Source: a bacterium (GTDB lineage: Bacteria; Patescibacteriota; Minisyncoccia; UBA6257; GWB1-50-10). From it: a stretch of 64,000 bases of DNA. This document shows, piece by piece, positions 57,931 to 64,000 of the stretch. The stretch lies in assembly GCA_021801565.1 (NCBI GenBank), contig JAJYXV010000015.1:155198-219197 (forward strand), read 5' to 3'. A model generated the notes under the pieces. It was given only the letters and a program-made list of their open reading frames with translations. It ran no database searches and had not been told where the DNA came from. How positions within the stretch are numbered: position 1 is the first letter of the stretch; every line of letters begins with the position of its first letter. Both the position numbers and the translations under genes were made by a program.

Positions 57931-59423
57931 TTATTTAACACTGCAATATCATCTTCATATGCATTCGCTTGTTGCACTACTGGGTCTCCATACCAGAACC
58001 GATAAGTGTACCAATTTCCTCCCGCATAATATTTTGCCGCCGCACACCTCTCGGTGAGTGTTTGATAAGAAACAGTACTCTGATTTGCTTTTGCATAGTC
58101 GATACAACTTGATGACGAAAGAAGGTCTTTTATATAGACCGCAGTGGCGGCGAATGCATCAGAGTTATTCCATGGATTTGGGGGATTGTTTCCAGTGACC
58201 CCAGAAATCTTACTTTCATATAGTTTCCACGTTGAGGGAATAAATTGTGCGGGTCCCATTGCTCCTCCATATGTGCCATGTTGATTTGCACACGAAACTT
58301 TTGCAAATTCAGATGTTGGGTCAACATTGAGGCGTTTTAACAGATCAAGGAAGTAAGGAATGTCTCGGATTGGATTCATTGCTGTTTTATATGAACATTT
58401 TCCCACATTTTTCCCGAGTAGCGATTCTCTATTTAATATTGCGAGAATAAGAGCCGAGCGGACCCCCGTTGCGCCTTCGGCAAGTTTTGCATAGTTATAT
58501 GCCTTCTCAAATGTAAGCTGACCGCCACCCAACAGCTCGAAGATCCTACTTCTTATTTGTGCAGCGGTTTCTTTTGTTTTCACCAATATTTTTTGATATT
58601 CTGTTTCTTTTCCTTTTGTATCTTTCAATAATTTATTTTTTTCACCCTGTGTTAATTGAATTGTTTTTTTCTGTGCTTGTTGAATCGCCTTCAAATTTTC
58701 TACATCCTCCTTTTGAAGTGTGAGCTCTTCTTTTTGATTTAACAGTTCTTGCCTTAGTTTTGTTACTTGTTCGAGTTCAAGGCGGAGATTATTTTGCACG
58801 AGTGTCATGTTATTCAAACTACCAAAAAAATCAGAAAGTGTGTTGTTCGCGAGAAGAATTGTCATCATATTCTGACTGTCGCTTTGATAAATTGCACGAA
58901 GTGCTTCTGCAAGCGCTTCCTTATGTGTATCTATTTTATCCTCAGTGGTACCAATTTGTTTTTGTGTTTCAATAATATCTTGATTTATCTTTGAGAGGTT
59001 CACGTTTATCGCCCGTATTTGAAGATTTAATTTATCAACTTTTGCATTTAAAGTTGCTATTTCATTTTTTAGTGTGTTTCCCTTTTTCTTGTATTCATCG
59101 ATTGTTTTCTGCGTATCCTCAATCTGTTGTTCATATTCTGCAAGCTGACGCTCAAGTTCTGCGCGTTGTGTCTGTAGATCATCAATCTTTTTTTCACCTT
59201 CCGTTTTTGCTGTTTGCGTATCTGTTTTCTGTTGTTGTTCCTGCGCAGAAACAAAGAGAAAACGCTGAGGGGCTTGCACGGAGCCAAAAAAAAGAAACAC
59301 CACCACTCCGATGGGGAAAAGTGTTTTTAAAATTTTTACAATAGGGATATATACCATTGTTTTGTATCCCACATGTATGCGCTGTTCTCTGTTTGTTACA
59401 ATATCAAAAACCCTCTTTTGCAT
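57927..59423 (-). CDS. Secreted coiled-coil (PcsB/CwlO-like) protein with lytic transglycosylase domain
   Basis: Signal/TM, long coiled coil, ES..G.N.G, GAMGPAQFIPSTW; start uncertain. Confidence 0.85.
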   Translation of the reverse strand: MQKRVFDIVTNREQRIHVGYKTMVYIPIVKILKTLFPIGVVVFLFFGSVQAPQRFLFVSAQEQQQKTDTQTAKTEGEKKIDDLQTQRAELERQLAEYEQQIEDTQKTIDEYKKKGNTLKNEIATLNAKVDKLNLQIRAINVNLSKINQDIIETQKQIGTTEDKIDTHKEALAEALRAIYQSDSQNMMTILLANNTLSDFFGSLNNMTLVQNNLRLELEQVTKLRQELLNQKEELTLQKEDVENLKAIQQAQKKTIQLTQGEKNKLLKDTKGKETEYQKILVKTKETAAQIRSRIFELLGGGQLTFEKAYNYAKLAEGATGVRSALILAILNRESLLGKNVGKCSYKTAMNPIRDIPYFLDLLKRLNVDPTSEFAKVSCANQHGTYGGAMGPAQFIPSTWKLYESKISGVTGNNPPNPWNNSDAFAATAVYIKDLLSSSSCIDYAKANQSTVSYQTLTERCAAAKYYAGGNWYTYRFWYGDPVVQQANAYEDDIAVLNK

Positions 59424-59504
59424 AAGAATATATTATTAGTATAGCGGATTTTTTTGTTATTAAAAATCCCCCAATGTATATTGGGGGATTTTCTTTGCTC
59501 TCGT

Positions 59505-60134
59505 TTATTCTTTTTTCTCTTCTGTTACCTCTTCTATTTTTGAAGCTTCTTCAGGAGGTGTTTCTGGTGCTGGTGCCACTTCTTCTTTTGCTTTTTCAGT
59601 TACCGTCGCAATAATTGTTTCTTTGTGTGTCAAAATTTTCACCTCTTTTTCTACTTTTAAGTCTTCAACACTTATACTTTGTCCAGAGGTGATAAGTGTG
59701 GAAACATCAACAATAAACGAATGTGGAATCTTATCAGGAAGTGCCTCTACCTCGATTTCATCGAGTACTTTTACGAGGAGATTTCCCGCCTTTGTCGCTG
59801 CATCTTCTCCTACATATTCAATAGGTACTCTTGTTTTAATTTTTTCATCTTTTCTCACGTGATAAAAATCAATGGAGAGAATAATATTATTTATTAAATC
59901 ACGTTCAACATGTGAAATGAGTACTGGTATTTTCTTTTCGGATGCATTTGTAAGTGTAATAATGGTATTTTCTCCAGCTTCTTTGTATGTCTTTTCGAAG
60001 TCTTTCGCCGATACACTTACATGCTCATTTTTAAATCCATGTCCGAAAATTTCTCCAGGAATAAGTCCGGTGGCTCTCAATTGTTTTGTTTTTTTTCCAA
60101 AAATTGTTCTATCTTGGATTTTAAGTTCTATCAT
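59505..60134 (-). CDS. rplY: 50S ribosomal protein L25 (Ctc long form)
   Basis: R...GK....LR..G.IP...G, IDFY, VEALP..IP. Confidence 0.93.
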   Translation of the reverse strand: MIELKIQDRTIFGKKTKQLRATGLIPGEIFGHGFKNEHVSVSAKDFEKTYKEAGENTIITLTNASEKKIPVLISHVERDLINNIILSIDFYHVRKDEKIKTRVPIEYVGEDAATKAGNLLVKVLDEIEVEALPDKIPHSFIVDVSTLITSGQSISVEDLKVEKEVKILTHKETIIATVTEKAKEEVAPAPETPPEEASKIEEVTEEKKE

Positions 60135-60155
60135 ATTAAAGTTTAAGTAAAGTTT

Positions 60156-60434
60156 TTATTTCCCCCTTTTCTCTTTTTTTGTCACCGGTTTTTCTATTAC
60201 CTTCTTTTTTATTTTTCTCTCTTTTTTCGGTTGTATCTTTGACTGGCGCGCTTTAAACCTCTCAACGCGTCCAGCGGTGTCGATGAGTTGTTGTGAACCG
60301 GTATAGAACGGATGGCAGTGGCTGCAAATATCTACTTTTAAATCTTCTTTCGTATCTCCAAAAGAAAATGTGTGTCCGCATCCACAGGTAATTTTTGCCT
60401 TTGGGAAATATTTTGGATGTATGTCTTTTTTCAT
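60156..60434 (-). CDS. rpmE: 50S ribosomal protein L31
   Basis: MKKDIHP.Y, C.CG, CS.CHPFYTG, GRVERF. Confidence 0.97.
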   Translation of the reverse strand: MKKDIHPKYFPKAKITCGCGHTFSFGDTKEDLKVDICSHCHPFYTGSQQLIDTAGRVERFKARQSKIQPKKERKIKKKVIEKPVTKKEKRGK

Positions 60435-60529
60435 GTCTCTATATTTATGCAGGGCTCATTATTACACGTCTTTTTCAAAATAGCAATATTAGCAACTTGT
60501 TTTATTTTTATGGATTATGATATTCTAAG

Positions 60530-60678
60530 TGTAGCTCCAAAACTGATTCCAGGTTGGTCAGCAACAAGAGAGTGGAATGAGAGTGCCGCACAAGGATAGT
60601 GCACAACCTTTTTTATAGGCAGCAGAGGAGTCTTTAGATTTAATAGTCGCTTCACAGATCAACGGGGCGACTTTTTTT
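60530..60678 (+). ncRNA. Candidate non-coding RNA divergent from rpmE
   Basis: GC-richer island; gctcc/ggagt closing stem; intrinsic terminator 60645-60678; no convincing ORF. Confidence 0.35.
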
Positions 60679-60688
60679 GTGGAGTTGA

Positions 60689-60970
60689 CCCCGTGAGTAG
60701 AAACTCGATAAGCCACTTCGTGGCTGTATTTATAGGCATTTCATTCTTTGTGCATTGTATATAATTAGATAAAATTCAGAAAATCCATCTTTTTACAATT
60801 GAGTTTTCCTGCCTACCGCAGGCAGGCACTACGGGGTTGACCCCGTGAGTGAAAGTTCAATATGCCACTTCGTGGCAATGAAATTTTTCAAAGTTACGCG
60901 TTTTGATTGTAATCTAGGGGCACTATTTAATGGTATTTTGTAACGATACAATTGAACTTCTACTACGGGG
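60689..60970. repeat. Two tandem inverted-repeat elements separated and flanked by TTGAC
   Basis: TTGAC[cccgtgagt...actacgggg]TTGAC[cccgtgagt...actacgggg]TTGACA; each has a gccac-ttc-gtggc hairpin. Confidence 0.9.
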
Positions 60971-61000
60971 TTGACATATACAATGTTATTTCTCTATACT
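60971..61000 (+). promoter_or_regulatory. 16S rRNA promoter
   Basis: TTGACA-18-TATACT upstream of rrs leader. Confidence 0.7.
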
Positions 61001-61172
61001 GTTACTTGCCGTAAAAAACGGCACTATATTCGGGATATCGAATGTATATTGAAAAATGAATAGCATATATATCCAAATATATTGCAAGCATAATAGCATA
61101 CTAAATAATAAACATTTTTAGTTGCCCTAATTTTCATTTCTTTAGAGGATTTGATTGTAGTGCAGGAATGAA

Positions 61173-61194
61173 CCCTGCCTGCCGGCAGGCAGGG
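61173..61194. repeat. REP-like GC palindrome in the 16S leader
   Basis: ccctgcctgccggcaggcaggg; related copy cctgcctaccgcaggcagg at 60808-60826. Confidence 0.85.
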
Positions 61195-61261
61195 CTGGCG
61201 ATACCCGCCAGCTCTCTCTACCTTTGCAGCAGATTCATTTTTGCTTTCAAATTTTTCTTTT

Positions 61262-62840
<1,579 letters not shown>

Positions 62841-63038
62841 AATTACGTCGATTGCAAGTCGTAAAAAGTGAGACGCTGAAACGTTGGCGAATCGCTGTTT
62901 ACGATTTGTGATACTTTTTTACAAATCAAGAAGGTCTGAGTCGAACCTTCTCCTCGAACTTCGAGGAATATAATTCGGCCGCGAAAATTAGGACAACTAA
63001 AAATGTTTGTTATAAATTCTATGTTTTTAAAATAGAAT

Positions 63039-63073
63039 AAAAACCCATGTGTCGGCTTGCACATGGGTTTTTT
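63039..63073 (+). terminator. Terminator of the 16S transcript
   Basis: aaacccatgtg-tcggcttg-cacatgggttttttt. Confidence 0.75.
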
Positions 63074-63117
63074 GTCATTTTTTAATACCAGAGTATAATT
63101 AAATAGAGAAAAGGAAA

Positions 63118-63516
63118 ATGGAAACACAAACATCAACATCAATAAAAAATATTCTTCTCATTGAAGATGAACCCCTTTTGGGGACACTCTTAAAGCAGCG
63201 TCTCGAGCGGGAGGGGTTTAAGGTATTACTCGCACGCGATGGAAGTGAGGGATTGGAACTTTTAAAGAATAGTCAACTTGATTTGGTATTACTTGATATT
63301 ATCCTCCCAAAAATATCTGGATTTGAACTTTTGGAAAAAGTACAGGCTGATCCGTTATTACAAAAAGTGCCGATTGTCATTATCTCAAATCTTGGACAAG
63401 AAACTGATTTAGAAAAAGGACAAACACTTGGTGCTGTTGGATATTTTGTAAAAGCACGCATTTCAATGGAAGAACTCGTTGAACGCGTGAAAGAATTTTT
63501 GCTTTCTAGTCAATAA
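63118..63516 (+). CDS. Single-domain response regulator
   Basis: ILLIEDE, LLDIILP..SG, S, K. Confidence 0.92.
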   Translation: METQTSTSIKNILLIEDEPLLGTLLKQRLEREGFKVLLARDGSEGLELLKNSQLDLVLLDIILPKISGFELLEKVQADPLLQKVPIVIISNLGQETDLEKGQTLGAVGYFVKARISMEELVERVKEFLLSSQ

Positions 63517-63576
63517 ATACCTGAAATAGTGTATAATATTATTATCGAAAGGTCGGTATTTCTTGTAGATAATGTA

Positions 63577-64000
63577 ATGGAAACAAAAACAAAAAAAGGT
63601 TTTACCTTAATTGAGCTCCTTGTCGTCATTGCTATTTTGGCAGTACTTGCAACAGCAGTCGTTATTATCTTGAATCCTGCACAACTCGTGAAACAGGGGA
63701 GAGATTCAACACGAATTTCTGATCTCGCGGCAGTGCATAGTGCAATTGCACTCTACCTTTCTGAAGTCCCAGGACTTACTTCATGGACTCCCTATACATA
63801 CTGCACAAATGAAACTGCTGGATCAAAACCAACAGGGTTTGATCCGTGCACCTATTCGAGTTCAACTGCGGTCAATGGAACAGGATGGGTACCAGTGAAT
63901 TTTGGTGCAATTTCATCTGGATCTCCACTTTCTCGTCTCCCAATGGATCCCGTAAATGATGCAACATATTTTTATGCGTTTAAGAGTTCTTCGACACTTC
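63577..64000 (+). CDS. Type IV pilin (3' truncated by window)
   Basis: METKTKKG|FTLIELLVVIAILAVLATAVVIILNP...RDS.R.SDL...LP.DP. Confidence 0.92.
   Translation, partial: METKTKKGFTLIELLVVIAILAVLATAVVIILNPAQLVKQGRDSTRISDLAAVHSAIALYLSEVPGLTSWTPYTYCTNETAGSKPTGFDPCTYSSSTAVNGTGWVPVNFGAISSGSPLSRLPMDPVNDATYFYAFKSSSTL

Noticed and set aside
60685-60976. CRISPR array or integron attC array
   Set aside because: Only two ~130-150 bp units with long inverted arms; no constant repeat-spacer period, cas genes, intI or canonical RYYYAAC/GTTRRRY cores

Overview
64 kb of an AT-rich bacterial chromosome with hallmarks of Patescibacteria (CPR, Parcubacteria-like), using the standard code (TGA is stop). Hallmarks: a stand-alone 16S rRNA with no anti-Shine-Dalgarno and a V1 insertion, an N-terminally truncated RF1, split ComEC, paired TraD/VirD4-like ATPases and type IV pilus genes. 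Most genes are housekeeping (ftsA/Z, secA/D/F, ddl, mltG, mnmA, efp, r-proteins, 4 tRNAs), with small accessory genes between them. The most unusual signal is non-coding and sub-genic. (1) A family of ~65-150 bp inverted-repeat elements is flanked by TTGAC/TTTAC-like direct repeats, and the right-hand repeat is often the -35 box of the downstream promoter. (2) A GIY-YIG gene sits in the loop of a TCC(n)CGA hairpin element that interrupts duplicated tRNA-Ala 5' halves. (3) Heptamer-repeat insertions occur in-frame in mnmA (4x) and secA, and inside 16S helix 6. (4) Four Cys-rich paralogues lie around the coupling ATPases, two sharing an 89-nt near-identical 5' end. (5) SEC-C tail copies punctuate the accessory genes after secA. 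(6) Orphan genes carry strong SD motifs in a genome with no anti-SD. (7) There are three candidate small RNAs. All calls come from reading the sequence; no database searches were run.
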